NCBI GenBank assembly: GCA_963721455.1
Contig: CAVRJG010000019.1
Span: forward strand, 1 to 64,000
DNA length: 64,000 bases
From: an uncultured Methanosarcinaceae archaeon
Lineage (GTDB): Archaea > Halobacteriota > Methanosarcinia > Methanosarcinales > Methanosarcinaceae
Direction: 5' to 3'
The notes beneath the pieces are model-generated. The model worked only from the letters and a program-made list of their open reading frames with translations. It was not told the origin of the DNA and did no database searches. Of the stretch, positions 53,624-64,000 are shown one piece after another. Both the position numbers and the translations under genes were made by a program. How positions within the stretch are numbered: position 1 is the first letter of the stretch; the number at the start of each line of letters is the position of its first letter.

Positions 53624-55099
53624 ATGAAAAATAATAATTATGTAGCTATTGATGTTTCTGAATGCTGTGGGTATCCAGTTCAACCGTATAATCCCCCTAA
53701 AGAATACCCTGAACTTTGCTCTTCAAGATTAATTGACCATGTAGATGTTAACAATCAAGTATATGATAAAGTAAGAAATATACTAAAGGATCTGAAGTTA
53801 GATAAGAGTAACATTAATACTGATACATGGAATCCATTCTCTGAATTTATTAGTGAAAATGATCATATTGTAATAAAGCCTAATTTGGTGGTAGATCATC
53901 ATCCATTAGGAGATGAAGGTATATTATGCACAATTACAAATGCCTCATTAATTAGACCAGTTATAGATTACATTCTTCTTGCAACAAAAGGAAAGTGTAA
54001 AATTACAATTTGTGATGCTCCCGTTCAAAGTGCCAATTGGGATAATTTAATTAATAAATCTGGATTAAGTTCATTGGTAAATTATTATTCTCAAAAGGGG
54101 ATAAACATTAATTTACTAGATTTAAGAATTGATATTTCTGTTTTAGAGGATGAAATTATTTCAAAACGAGTCTCTAAGGAGACCGATCCCTTAGGATATG
54201 CTTTTGTCGATTTGGGCATAAAAAGCGAACTTATGCCTGTAATCCAGTATCATAGAAAATTTAGGATAACAGACTACAAAAAAGAGGCGGTGTCAAAACA
54301 TCACAATCCTTCTAAAAATGAGTATTATATCTCAAAAACAGTATTAGATGCAGATGTTTTTATCAACCTTCCAAAAATTAAAACCCATCGAAAGGCTGGT
54401 ATTACATGTTCTCTTAAAAATTTAGTTGGTATTAATGGTGATAAAAAAGGAATTGCTCATCATAGAGCGGGTTGCATTAGCCATGGAGGAGATGAATATC
54501 CTAAATTTAAATTATTTTTGTGGTTAAAATGGAATGTGTGGAACACTCTTAAAAATCATAAATTGCTACTTCCTTTTGCCAAACTTACAAAGAAGATATA
54601 TTTGTCTTTACTGGGTAAATCATCATTAGCCGAATATTCATTAACAAGCAATGATCTAATGGAAGGGTCATGGCACGGAAATGATACGATTTGGAGATGT
54701 GTTCTAGACATTAATAAAATATTGCTCTACGCTGATAAAAACGGTGTAATGAATTCAAGCATTCAGAGAAATTACTTTTGTTTAGTGGATGGTATTATTT
54801 CTGCAGAAAATGAAGGACCTATGCAAGGATCCCCCAAGAAAACAGATATAATAATAGCTGGTTTTAATCCGGTTGCGATTGATAAAATTTGTTCTGATAT
54901 CATGGGATTTGATTACATGAAAATACCTCTAATAAGAGAAGGATTTAAGAATAGGACTTGGAATTTAGTCAATTTTCCCCCAAATGAAATAGAACAAAAT
55001 TTAAAACATCTCCCTAATTTTCATTTTCATCCTAGCAAAGGTTGGTATGGACACATTGAAAAAGATGAAGTAATTATTCGAGGCAATTCTAAAACTTAA
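53624..55099 (+). CDS. DUF362-domain protein
   Basis: VIKPNLV, INLPKIKTHRKAGITCSLKNLVG, DGII..EGP, NPVAID. Confidence 0.85.
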   Translation: MKNNNYVAIDVSECCGYPVQPYNPPKEYPELCSSRLIDHVDVNNQVYDKVRNILKDLKLDKSNINTDTWNPFSEFISENDHIVIKPNLVVDHHPLGDEGILCTITNASLIRPVIDYILLATKGKCKITICDAPVQSANWDNLINKSGLSSLVNYYSQKGININLLDLRIDISVLEDEIISKRVSKETDPLGYAFVDLGIKSELMPVIQYHRKFRITDYKKEAVSKHHNPSKNEYYISKTVLDADVFINLPKIKTHRKAGITCSLKNLVGINGDKKGIAHHRAGCISHGGDEYPKFKLFLWLKWNVWNTLKNHKLLLPFAKLTKKIYLSLLGKSSLAEYSLTSNDLMEGSWHGNDTIWRCVLDINKILLYADKNGVMNSSIQRNYFCLVDGIISAENEGPMQGSPKKTDIIIAGFNPVAIDKICSDIMGFDYMKIPLIREGFKNRTWNLVNFPPNEIEQNLKHLPNFHFHPSKGWYGHIEKDEVIIRGNSKT

Positions 55100-55103
55100 C
55101 TCT

Positions 55104-55226
55104 TGTCAACAGTAGTTAAGAATTCCCCATTTTCGGCAGTTTAAAATATCCCAATCCCAATCCTTGAGAAAAATTCGAGGATTGTGAATAATGCTGAAAA
55201 TGGAGGAATGTTTATTGATACGAGAT
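55104..55226 (+). mobile_element. IS21-family left end with the first codons of istA
   Basis: Starts TGTCAAC, has repeated AAT(T/A)TCCC boxes, then ATG 55191 MLKMEECLLIRD and an abrupt end. Confidence 0.6.
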
Positions 55227-55299
55227 GGACTTTTCATTTAAGTGTTTCAAAACATCAATCATATAACACTGGACGACCAAATCTTATGTATTATAAAAA

Positions 55300-56508
55300 A
55301 TGAATGGGTTGATTATGAAGATTGGTTATTTTGTTTCAACTTTTCCGTATAGAAATCCCCTCACAGGTGAAAGCTTAATTAGTGAAGTTCAAAAAGATGG
55401 AGGGGTAGAAAAAGGGACATATAATTTAGCAATTAACATGGCTAAAAGAGGACATGAAGTTTTTATATTTACGACTTCTATTGATTCAACGAATTCTATT
55501 ATATCTTATGGGAATATCACAATATTTAGGTACAAAAAGAGCTTTATAATAGGTCAAGCCCCAATTTCTATTGATTTGATTTATAAACCACTATTTTCCA
55601 ATATTATCTTGGATATTGTACATGCTCGCATGGGGAATTTACCTGCGCCTCTCACTGCACTTTTATATGCTAAAAAAATGAAAAAAAAATTGATTGTTTC
55701 ATATCATGGTGACGGGGTAGGGGGCTTTGGAGGAATTAAACGAAGGATTGGTGTATTTTTGTTTAATAAGTGTCTTTGTGATGTATTACTTGATGCAGCG
55801 GATTCAGTGATTTCTCTATCTAAAAACCATGTAACAGAATCACGATTTCTGAAAAAATATTCAAAAAAATTAGTTTATATACCTAACGGAGTTAATTTTG
55901 GAGAATTTGACATTCCTTATTCCAAAGAAGAATGTCGTAATACATTAGGATTACCTGTTGATAGTAAAATTATCCTTTTTGTGGGTAGCCTAATTTCAAG
56001 GAAGGCTCCTGATGTTTTGCTAAAATCAATGAAAGAAGTACTGATTGATCGTTCAGATGCTCACCTTGTCTTTGTAGGAGATGGCCCATTAAGGAATGAA
56101 CTTGAAGATATAGCTGTAAACTTACAAATTCAGGATAATATTAAATTTGCAGGATACATTTCCGACTCAACTACAAAGGCACTATATTATAAAGCTGCAG
56201 ATTTATTTGTACTTCCTTCACTGGAAGGCGAGGCATTTCCAAACGTACTTTTAGAAGCATCTGTATGTGGTTTGCCTCTAGTAGTTAGTGGTTGTGAGTG
56301 CTTTAAAGCTATAGTTAAGGATGGATGTAATGGTTTATTGACAAAAACCGGTGATAAAAATGACCTTGCTGAGAAAGTTATTTTTTTATTGAATGATGAA
56401 AAAAGGCTGAGTAAAATGGGTTATAATGCATTTGATTTAGTAAAAAATCTTTCTTGGGAAAAGATAGCTCAAGATACTGAACAGTTTTATATTACTCTAA
56501 TTCGATAA
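55300..56508 (+). CDS. Glycosyltransferase family 4
   Basis: GGVE, IPNGV, EAFPNVLLEA. Confidence 0.9.
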   Translation: MNGLIMKIGYFVSTFPYRNPLTGESLISEVQKDGGVEKGTYNLAINMAKRGHEVFIFTTSIDSTNSIISYGNITIFRYKKSFIIGQAPISIDLIYKPLFSNIILDIVHARMGNLPAPLTALLYAKKMKKKLIVSYHGDGVGGFGGIKRRIGVFLFNKCLCDVLLDAADSVISLSKNHVTESRFLKKYSKKLVYIPNGVNFGEFDIPYSKEECRNTLGLPVDSKIILFVGSLISRKAPDVLLKSMKEVLIDRSDAHLVFVGDGPLRNELEDIAVNLQIQDNIKFAGYISDSTTKALYYKAADLFVLPSLEGEAFPNVLLEASVCGLPLVVSGCECFKAIVKDGCNGLLTKTGDKNDLAEKVIFLLNDEKRLSKMGYNAFDLVKNLSWEKIAQDTEQFYITLIR

Positions 56509-56537
56509 CTTTTTATTGAAATTATATTATTATCAAT

Positions 56538-57719
56538 GTGGTTTTTATGAAGATGTTATATATTTCTTTTCCAGATATTAATGGTTCCACTGGTTCTTGT
56601 ACTCATGTGAGGGAAATATTGAGAAATTTATCCGTAAATAACTCTATAACTGTTGTTTCTCCTACAAAGTATCCTCCAAAGTTTGGGAATAATATAACTT
56701 TTAAGAGATGTGGATATATTGATATTGAATTTTTGAGGGCATTTACTTTTTCTATAAATGCTTTTTTTATTTGTTCTTTTTATTTACTTAGGAATAAGTG
56801 TGACCTTATTTATGAAAGAGATCATGCTTTTGGGACTGGTTGTAACCTCACTTTATTATTTGGAACTCCTGTAATTATGGAGGTAAACGGGATCTCTAAT
56901 GAAACTGGTCTTTTACCCAAGCCTATTGCTAAAATCATAAATTTGGTTTTACTTAACAGATACTCGATTGCAACACATATTATAACAGTTACACCTAAAC
57001 TAAAAGAATTCTTACAATTGAATTACAATTTACCGCCCGATAAAGTTTCGGTGGTTGAAAACGGTGCTAATATCGACCTTTTTAAGCCAATGGATAAAGA
57101 AAATGCATTGAAAAAATTGAATCTAGATTCTGAATTTAAATACGTTTGCTTTGTTGGGCATTTAGCTCCCTGGCAGGGGGTTGAGTATTTAATAAAATCG
57201 AGTCCATTTATATTGAGTAAATGCCCTAATACAAAATTTATAATTGTCGGAGACGGTCAGAAACTGGATGAATTAAAAAAACTTGTAGATACTTTGAACA
57301 TTTCCAGCAATTACTTGTTTACAGGATATGTCGATTACGAAACAGTCCCAGTTTATATCAATGCCAGTAATATTTGTGTCGCACCTTTTATTATTGAAAG
57401 AAATGACAGAATAGGTTTATCTGCGTTAAAAATATATGAATATCTCGCTTGCGGTAAACCTGTCGTTGCAAGTAAAATAAAAGGTATAGAAGAATTACTC
57501 TCTACTTCAAAAGGGGGTATTTCTGTAATTCCTGAGGATGTATGTGATTTAGGTAAAAATATAGTAAGATTATTACAAGACGACTCAGTGTGTAAACAAA
57601 TGGGAACTTACGGCTATAAATTTATTAGAGCTCATCATAGTTGGAAAATTGCTGCGGCAAATGTTGAACAGATTTCTTGTAAAGTTGTTAACAATTCCAA
57701 TAAAAATACCAGCTCGTAA
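56538..57719 (+). CDS. Glycosyltransferase family 4
   Basis: VENGAN, GHLAPWQG, KIYEYLACGKPVV. Confidence 0.9.
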   Translation: MVFMKMLYISFPDINGSTGSCTHVREILRNLSVNNSITVVSPTKYPPKFGNNITFKRCGYIDIEFLRAFTFSINAFFICSFYLLRNKCDLIYERDHAFGTGCNLTLLFGTPVIMEVNGISNETGLLPKPIAKIINLVLLNRYSIATHIITVTPKLKEFLQLNYNLPPDKVSVVENGANIDLFKPMDKENALKKLNLDSEFKYVCFVGHLAPWQGVEYLIKSSPFILSKCPNTKFIIVGDGQKLDELKKLVDTLNISSNYLFTGYVDYETVPVYINASNICVAPFIIERNDRIGLSALKIYEYLACGKPVVASKIKGIEELLSTSKGGISVIPEDVCDLGKNIVRLLQDDSVCKQMGTYGYKFIRAHHSWKIAAANVEQISCKVVNNSNKNTSS

Positions 57720-57740
57720 TTTTTATTATCAAATCGGGAT

Positions 57741-59694
57741 TTGATTTATATGAGCGACAATTCTTACATTGAACGTTTTTTTAGGACATATCCTATTTTT
57801 CTTCTGCTAATCGTTCTTGGGGCACTTTCCCTGGTTTTCTTAATGAAGTTGCAAAGCATCTATTATTATACAATTATTTTATCAATTGTAGTAACAATCT
57901 CTGCTCTATTTGTTTTTTTTACAAAAAACTTGCCTATTAAATTAGATGAGATTCATATCCCTACATTAAATAAAAGTCTTTTAATAAAACTTTATTTTAT
58001 TATTTTCATCTGGTCAGTTTTATATTTAGTTTTAACTAGTGATAGATCTGAAATTTACATTTCGTTACTTTTATTATTATATCTAATTATGTTTGTTCAA
58101 ATATTTTCTCGCAATATATCTTCTTCAATAATACTCATCGAAATCGCCGCATCAATGCTCAATTTTATATATGGTGTTACTTTTGTATACCCTCTCTATT
58201 TTGGTAATACTGATATATTGCCTCATATTCGTCTTGCTGAAATTATTGCTGAATCTGGAAGATTACTTCCCGAATCAATGTTTCTCTATAGTAAATTTCC
58301 TCTGTATCACGTTTTAGTTGCCATAAGTGCTCATATTACTAATATGGATTTAATTGATTCTCTTTTTCTGGTTACTGCTCCTGTTTTTGTCATTGTGCTA
58401 TTGTTTGTATATATGCTATTTTATCTTGTTACAAACAATAAACAAATAAGCCTTTTAAGTTGTTTAGTTTACTCATGGAGTTCTGTGATCCTTTTCCACG
58501 GCACATATATGGTCACAAGAGTATTAGCGTTTGTATTTTTTATGATTTTATTTTACTTGTATTATAGGGTCAATAGCACTCATAGTGCTACCAAGTATAT
58601 ATTTCAAGTTCTTTATACTGCTATGTGTGCTTTCAATCGTATTATCTCATCAAGTATCATCTGCACAAATCTCTATTCTCCTTATTCTGTTCCTACTATG
58701 CGAATATTTAGGTCAAGACCTTGGGTATGTATCAGTTACATCTGTTTTATATTTCAATGTTTTTTTTATTAGTTACTGGATTTTTGAAGCTTATGACTTT
58801 ACATCACAAGTAATAGGTCCACGTTTAAGAAGTCTCATGACAACTGACCTTATTGTACAATATAATGCAAATTCTTTTTTTCAAAATGAAAACTTACTTT
58901 ATCTTTTACTTTCAAATTTAGATGTTTATATTTCTTTCATTTTTGCATTAATTGGAGTTAAATATCTGATATTAGATCAAAGAAGCAAATCTAAGGCTGC
59001 TTTTGGCCTCTTCTCTTTCGTATGTTTTATATTTTATTTCCCTTCACCTCTAAAGTTATTATGGAACACTATGAATTTGCTGCAGTTCGACAGGTTAACT
59101 TTATTTGTAGTTCCATTTATATCTCTATCTGTAGGTATAGGAATTTATATAGTTATCAAATATCTCTTTACCAATAGGTCAAAAAAATTATGTTACCTGG
59201 CTATTTTCTTAATTCCTTTACTTTTTAGTTTTTTTTCAATTACTAATAGCAATACAAATTCCAATTTTATGTCTGATGATGGTCCAAGAAGCTACTTTAT
59301 TCAACCAGAGATTTATGGATTTAATTATTTAGACACATATGCCTCTTCCGAATCTTATGTTTTCTCTGATTATTTTTCACAAAGATATCTTCGATCACTT
59401 ACTTCTAAGAACTATTTATGTTTTAATCATTTGAACTCTTCTGAAATTGACTCTACAAATTATAGTCGTAGTTATTTTTATATTAGGGATGAAGCTTTTG
59501 AAAAGGATGGTCTGTATTTTGGAATACCAAATACGAAAGAAATTTACAATTCCCATCAATCTGATTATCAGAATAATTCTCTGAATAATAACATGTTTAC
59601 AAAAAACAAAATATATTCTAACTCATATGCTAATTTATACCTTAACTTCAACGATTCAGACTACAAAGATCAGTCGATTGACATTCGATTCTGA
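57741..59694 (+). pseudogene. Multi-TM membrane protein (Wzy/GT-C-like), split by a frameshift near 58596-58602
   Basis: Overlapping ORFs 57741-58772 and 58585-59694; the TM pattern continues in the second frame (SHQVSS). Confidence 0.75.
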
Positions 59695-59763
59695 CGAAAC
59701 AGAGACTTATGATGATGAGTTGTTTTAATTTTTATGGATTTCTTCAATTTTGAAAAAAATCAT

Positions 59764-59979
59764 GAGAGTTCCATTTGAGAATAATCAGACAGAAAGAGAT
59801 ATCATATGATGAAACTACAACAGAAAACATCGGGAACTTTCAGAACAATTCAAGGAGCGGAAGCTTTCTGCAGAATTAGAGCATACATTTAACAATTAGA
59901 AAGAATAGTTTGCCTGTTATAGAGGGTATTCGAGCAACGTTCAAAGGAGCGCCGCTAACTATGCACTGAATGATAGTTT
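59764..59979 (+). pseudogene. IS66-family transposase C-terminal relic
   Basis: VPFENNQTERD..MMKLQQKTSGTFRTIQGAEAFCRIRAYI, with frameshifts. Confidence 0.8.
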
Positions 59980-60297
59980 CTTTATCTTATCCCCAACTAC
60001 CGGGTTTTCAGGGATAAGTTCTCAGTTGTTAGTTGAGGCATTTCCAGGAATGGGGTCAGAAATAAAAGTACAGGAAGCCAGAGCAGCAGTTTCAGCTTTT
60101 TTCTATTTCTCCGGTTCTGGATGAAAGTGAAAGCGACTTTCAAGAAAATAAGCTCCTCAGAAAGCAAAATCCTGAATCTCCTTTTTCGATATTTTTGTCT
60201 GTTTCTCATCAGGTGTTGTTTCTCATGAGGCTTACGCTTTTCCCGGAGATTTGAATTCACCTATTATCTCTTTCATCTGTTTATCCGATTTCAGTAT

Positions 60298-60670
60298 ATA
60301 CAGATAATAGATCCTACTTTCGGCAGGTCGACGTTTAATTTTTGATAATTTTACTGATGGCGATTTTGAAATAATGCTCCTTACTTGTGTGTAATTGATA
60401 GGTTTACATATGACCAATTATTAATTTCTCATACTAAACTTTAATGAAAAAATGATTTAGTATTTATATATGCTGTGGGAGTTGAGCCACCTGTTAACCA
60501 GCTTTAAACCTAATCTATAGTTAGTGAATGTTCAAAAACGGCATCAAGAAAAATATTCTAATTTTTAATGTCGACCTGCCGAAAGTAGGATACAGATAAT
60601 AGATGCAGATACCTACATTCGGCAGGTCGACATTAGATTTTGAGAATTTTTACTGATTGCGTTTTTCAAA
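60298..60670. repeat. Three copies (two direct, one inverted) of a ~60-bp unit with core CCTACTTTCGGCAGGTCGAC
   Basis: Copies at ~60311-60370 (+), ~60531-60591 (-) and ~60610-60670 (+). Confidence 0.85.
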
Positions 60671-60834
60671 CATTATGTAAATATGTAGTGGGTTTGAAAC
60701 TGGTTAACATTTGACCCAAATCTCACTACATATATAAACAATGAACCATTTTTGCAATAATGTTCAGTATAAAGGATAATGTGTTTTCCAGCAAAAACGC
60801 TATCAATAAAAATATTACGAAAAAAACAAGTTAC

Positions 60835-62977
60835 GTCAAATAAGAAAGAGCGATTACTCGCTCTCCCTCTTCTAAGAACCGGACGTGCGCCTTTCGACGC
60901 ATCCGGCTCAAGCATTCTATAACCTTTTCTGTATCAGGCAGCAGTCTTTTTTTTTTCAAATAATTAATCAAATGGATTGACTTTTCCGGAAACTTAATTT
61001 ATTTGAACGTTCGTGAAAATAATCCGGATCAAGAAATGGATTCATTTGCAGCTTTAAAGGAATGTGTCTGTAGATTCTGGTTTTTGAAAGAAGCAGTAAC
61101 CCATTTCTCTCGGTTCTGAAATTCCATCTTCTTGAGGTGCTTCTTTTCCAATATTTGTTGACAATCCAATCTTTGGATTTGTTCGGATGTCTTCTTTTAG
61201 CCCATATCCATAGCAGCTCCCAGATTCTATGATCAAGGATCTGGAATACGTCCGAGGAGACCACTGAATTGTGATAATTGGTCCAACCTCTTATTATGGG
61301 GTTTAATTTGGTAATTAAGACTTCCTGAGACCATGCCATTCCTTTCGTTATGGTTTGACTGATTGTTTCAGTAAACCTTTTAATGGACTTCTTGGAAGGC
61401 TTGATCAGAAGCTTACCATTGTACTTGCGGAAATTCCAGCCGAGAAAATCAAAGCCCTCATTAATATTTGTGATCAGGGTTTTGTCATCAGATAGTTCAA
61501 GACCTCGTTCTTTGAGAAAAGCAGTAATTATGTCCCTAATTTCTCTGGCAGATTCTTCTGAATTAGCAGTGACTATGAAATCATCAGCATAACGGATGAA
61601 GTTAACCTTGGGAGACTTACTACCTCTTTTTGGGTATTTAGCCATAAGTAACTTCTCGATGCCGTCCAATGTCATATTTGCCAAAATGGGGGAGATTATC
61701 CCACCTTGTGGCGTACCTGCTTTTGTTGGATTCAGATGATGTTTGTAAATGAAACCTGCTTTAAGAAATTGAGTCAGTACTGATTTTTCTATAGGAATGT
61801 TAGTCAACAACCACTGATGATTTATATTATCGAAACATCCTTTGATATCGCCTTCTAAGATCCATTGGGCCGAGTTCTTCTTGCTTAAACACAAAAAGAT
61901 TTGCTGACATGCATCTTTGGTACTTCGGTGCTTTCGAAATCCAAAAGACCTCAGGTCAGACATTGTTTCAGCTATGGGTTCGAGAGCTAATGCATATAAA
62001 GATTGAATAGCTCTGTCATACATTGTAGGGATACCTAAGGGACGTTTCTTCTTCTTACCAGGCTTATTAATGAAGACTCGTTTCAGGGGTTTAGCTTTGT
62101 ATCTTTTACCAGTAGGACTAAGGACAGCTTTCATTTTGGAGCTTGAAGTTAGCCATTTTTCACCATCAATTCCAGATGTCCTTTTTCCTTTGTTTTGAGT
62201 AACTCTTCTTACTGCCAAGAGTTTGGCGAAATAGGAATGAGTTAGGAGATACTGCAATCTCTTGACATGGTTCCATTTGTTTTGCATTACTGCTTTTGTA
62301 ATTCGGGTTTGCAACTTATTAACACTCTTCTCTACTTGATTCCAGTCAATAGTTTTCCATCTCTGGAAGAGGGAAGCGTCTGTAAGCTTCTTATCCTGAG
62401 AGGATATCGTTGAAATACTTACATTCAGAAGTTTGCCTCCTTTCATACAATAGAACACCAAATAAGCAAGTCTGCACCCTTTCAGGCTAGGGCAAAGTTT
62501 GAACCCCTATCCATTCCATTACAGAATGACATTCGCTTTTTGCTTGAATCCTCTACCCTCTATGCAATTAATTCCCTTCACAGGGTCTCTACCTTTTTTT
62601 TTTAAAGGAGCATATAGGGTTTACCAAGTTCCATACCATGAATAATATGAATACCTTAGAAGCCATCTGTAAACCGAGAACCATTTGTCCATTTGCCATA
62701 ATGTCGGCAGATCCATTATGACCTGATTCTATACCTTTTGGTTTGAGCGTGTCAACCTGTTTTCGCTCATTCTGCTTCACGATTTTTACGATGGTTCACT
62801 TTACGTTCTTCATAGTATTCTTATCCTAACCAATTATCAAAGTCAGGCTCCTTGATTTCTTGATATTGTCTTGTGAGCTTCACACACAAACGTTGCCATT
62901 TATGCATGTCACAGTAGGATTACCTCAAATGGAAGAGGTAGCGTTTCCGCAATTCATAGCATAGCTTCTTGTCGCAC
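60835..62977 (-). mobile_element. Group II intron (IIB/CL-like), 2143 nt
   Basis: 5' end GTGCGACAAG at 62977; domain V GAGCCGGATGCGTCGAAAGGCGCACGTCCGGTTC and domain VI ending TTGAC at 60835; EBS1 loop at 62704-62710. Confidence 0.93.
60968..62461 (-). CDS. ltrA: Group II intron reverse transcriptase/maturase, no HNH endonuclease domain
   Basis: RPLGIPT, GTPQGG, RYADD, FDFLG, X domain LNPIIRGWTNYH; the start may be CTG 62428 after GGAGG. Confidence 0.95.
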   Translation of the reverse strand: MVFYCMKGGKLLNVSISTISSQDKKLTDASLFQRWKTIDWNQVEKSVNKLQTRITKAVMQNKWNHVKRLQYLLTHSYFAKLLAVRRVTQNKGKRTSGIDGEKWLTSSSKMKAVLSPTGKRYKAKPLKRVFINKPGKKKKRPLGIPTMYDRAIQSLYALALEPIAETMSDLRSFGFRKHRSTKDACQQIFLCLSKKNSAQWILEGDIKGCFDNINHQWLLTNIPIEKSVLTQFLKAGFIYKHHLNPTKAGTPQGGIISPILANMTLDGIEKLLMAKYPKRGSKSPKVNFIRYADDFIVTANSEESAREIRDIITAFLKERGLELSDDKTLITNINEGFDFLGWNFRKYNGKLLIKPSKKSIKRFTETISQTITKGMAWSQEVLITKLNPIIRGWTNYHNSVVSSDVFQILDHRIWELLWIWAKRRHPNKSKDWIVNKYWKRSTSRRWNFRTERNGLLLLSKTRIYRHIPLKLQMNPFLDPDYFHERSNKLSFRKSQSI

Positions 62978-63136
62978 CTGCCGAAAGCAGGTTATAAGTG
63001 TTCCACTAACGTTTAGAAAGTGACTATAAATTACCCACTTAAAATAGCAAGGAGCCCTTTTCCATACGCCACTCTCGGCTTGAGCCCGCCTGTTTACCGG
63101 ATAAAAACGAAATCATCAGCCGCACTGGAAATTAAA

Positions 63137-64000
63137 TCATTCTCTGATTCTCTTTTTCACGCCAACTAGAAAGCTCGAAACTATTTTTCTAAACATGGGG
63201 TCTTCATGAAAGGTTATTCCGTAATAGATCGGCGTTATGATCGCTACCACCAAGAGCATGATGTAAAAGTTTGAGGTGAATATTTCCAGCAGAATTAACG
63301 GAGCTGCAACAACCAGGCCGATTGCCATATACCTTACAAGGATTCCAAAGCTTTCTTTCTTGTCAATCCCTATGAGGTTCAGCAAATATGCATTGTTCCA
63401 GAGCCAGAATACAACCCCGGTAAGGCTAAAAAAGCCCAGAGCGAACTCCGGCCCCCCGTAAGTCCCTCCTATGAACAGTGCTACTACCCTTGAGATTAAG
63501 AGAATTATACTGAAGGTAAGCCAGACCGACTGTTTGTCGTATATGCTGTAGAGGGTTGAAATAGGTGAGGACAGGAAGACTAGGAATATCCAGGGCAAAA
63601 GGATCCTCACATATATGCCGGAGACAGACCAGCTTTCACCGAAGGCAAATGTGAACACCGGTTCTCCTATGATCATCAGGAGTATCATCGGGAATATCCC
63701 GATTGATATCAGTTTTTTGTAAACCTCTTCCACAACAGCCTTCACGTCCCCATCCACATTTCCGTTTTTGACCTCACTGACCTTCTGGAAGAAGACCTGT
63801 CCAATGGCGTTGCCTACAATCACCATGGGCATGTTAACCACCTGATATGCAAGTGAATAGTGCCCTACGACTGTTGGACCGTAAAAAAGTGCAAGCAAAA
63901 AGGTAGGTACCTGTGGGGAAATCGTATTTGCAATTGTGGACCAAGAACTGAATAATGGGAAGTTTTTATGCTGAATAGCTACCTCTTTCATTCTTTTTAT
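63137..64000 (-). CDS. Wzx-type polysaccharide flippase (5' part outside the window)
   Basis: Multi-TM; VGHYSLAYQVVNMP, FGESW; frame is open at the window edge. Confidence 0.85.
   Translation of the reverse strand: MKRMKEVAIQHKNFPLFSSWSTIANTISPQVPTFLLALFYGPTVVGHYSLAYQVVNMPMVIVGNAIGQVFFQKVSEVKNGNVDGDVKAVVEEVYKKLISIGIFPMILLMIIGEPVFTFAFGESWSVSGIYVRILLPWIFLVFLSSPISTLYSIYDKQSVWLTFSIILLISRVVALFIGGTYGGPEFALGFFSLTGVVFWLWNNAYLLNLIGIDKKESFGILVRYMAIGLVVAAPLILLEIFTSNFYIMLLVVAIITPIYYGITFHEDPMFRKIVSSFLVGVKKRIRE

Noticed and set aside
59997-60260. 87-aa basic ORF
   Set aside because: No family motif and looks frameshifted; cannot be supported as a gene
60298-60670. Possible CRISPR array
   Set aside because: Only three copies, mixed orientation, irregular spacing, no cas genes in the window
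60968-62461. RT as a retron, DGR or defence RT
   Set aside because: Complete group II intron ends, domains V/VI and EBS1-IBS1 pairing explain it

Overview
A 64-kb chromosomal segment of a methylotrophic methanogenic archaeon, very probably Methanosarcina (pyrrolysine-encoding mtbB/mttB, archaeal cobY/cobZ, rps15/rps8e, disaggregatase-repeat protein). In order: Fe/corrinoid-type ABC importer; rps15; a ~4.7-kb AT-rich insertion bounded by a ~350-bp duplicated gene end; four pilin-like genes that appear to have lost the front of their operon; a patch of IS630, IS110 and MITE elements plus a truncated Mrp; hisS; cobD-cbiB-cobZ-cobS-cobY-sufC-sufB; a di-/trimethylamine methyltransferase cluster (mtbC-mtbB-mtbP-[mtbB relic]-mttB-mttC-mttP plus two small ORFs); housekeeping genes (aminotransferase, Lrp, rps8e, NOB1, PyrE-like); and a surface-polysaccharide locus littered with IS6, IS5, IS21, IS66 and IS200/605 relics and carrying an intact RT-encoding group II intron. 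Main observations: the intron's EBS1 matches a palindromic repeat that has three vacant copies next to it; there are two independent gene-3'-end replacement events; a TnpB-less mini-element keeps its promoter and right-end RNA; and the glycan locus carries a CapK-like ligase + DUF362 pair. All calls come from reading the sequence; no database search was run.
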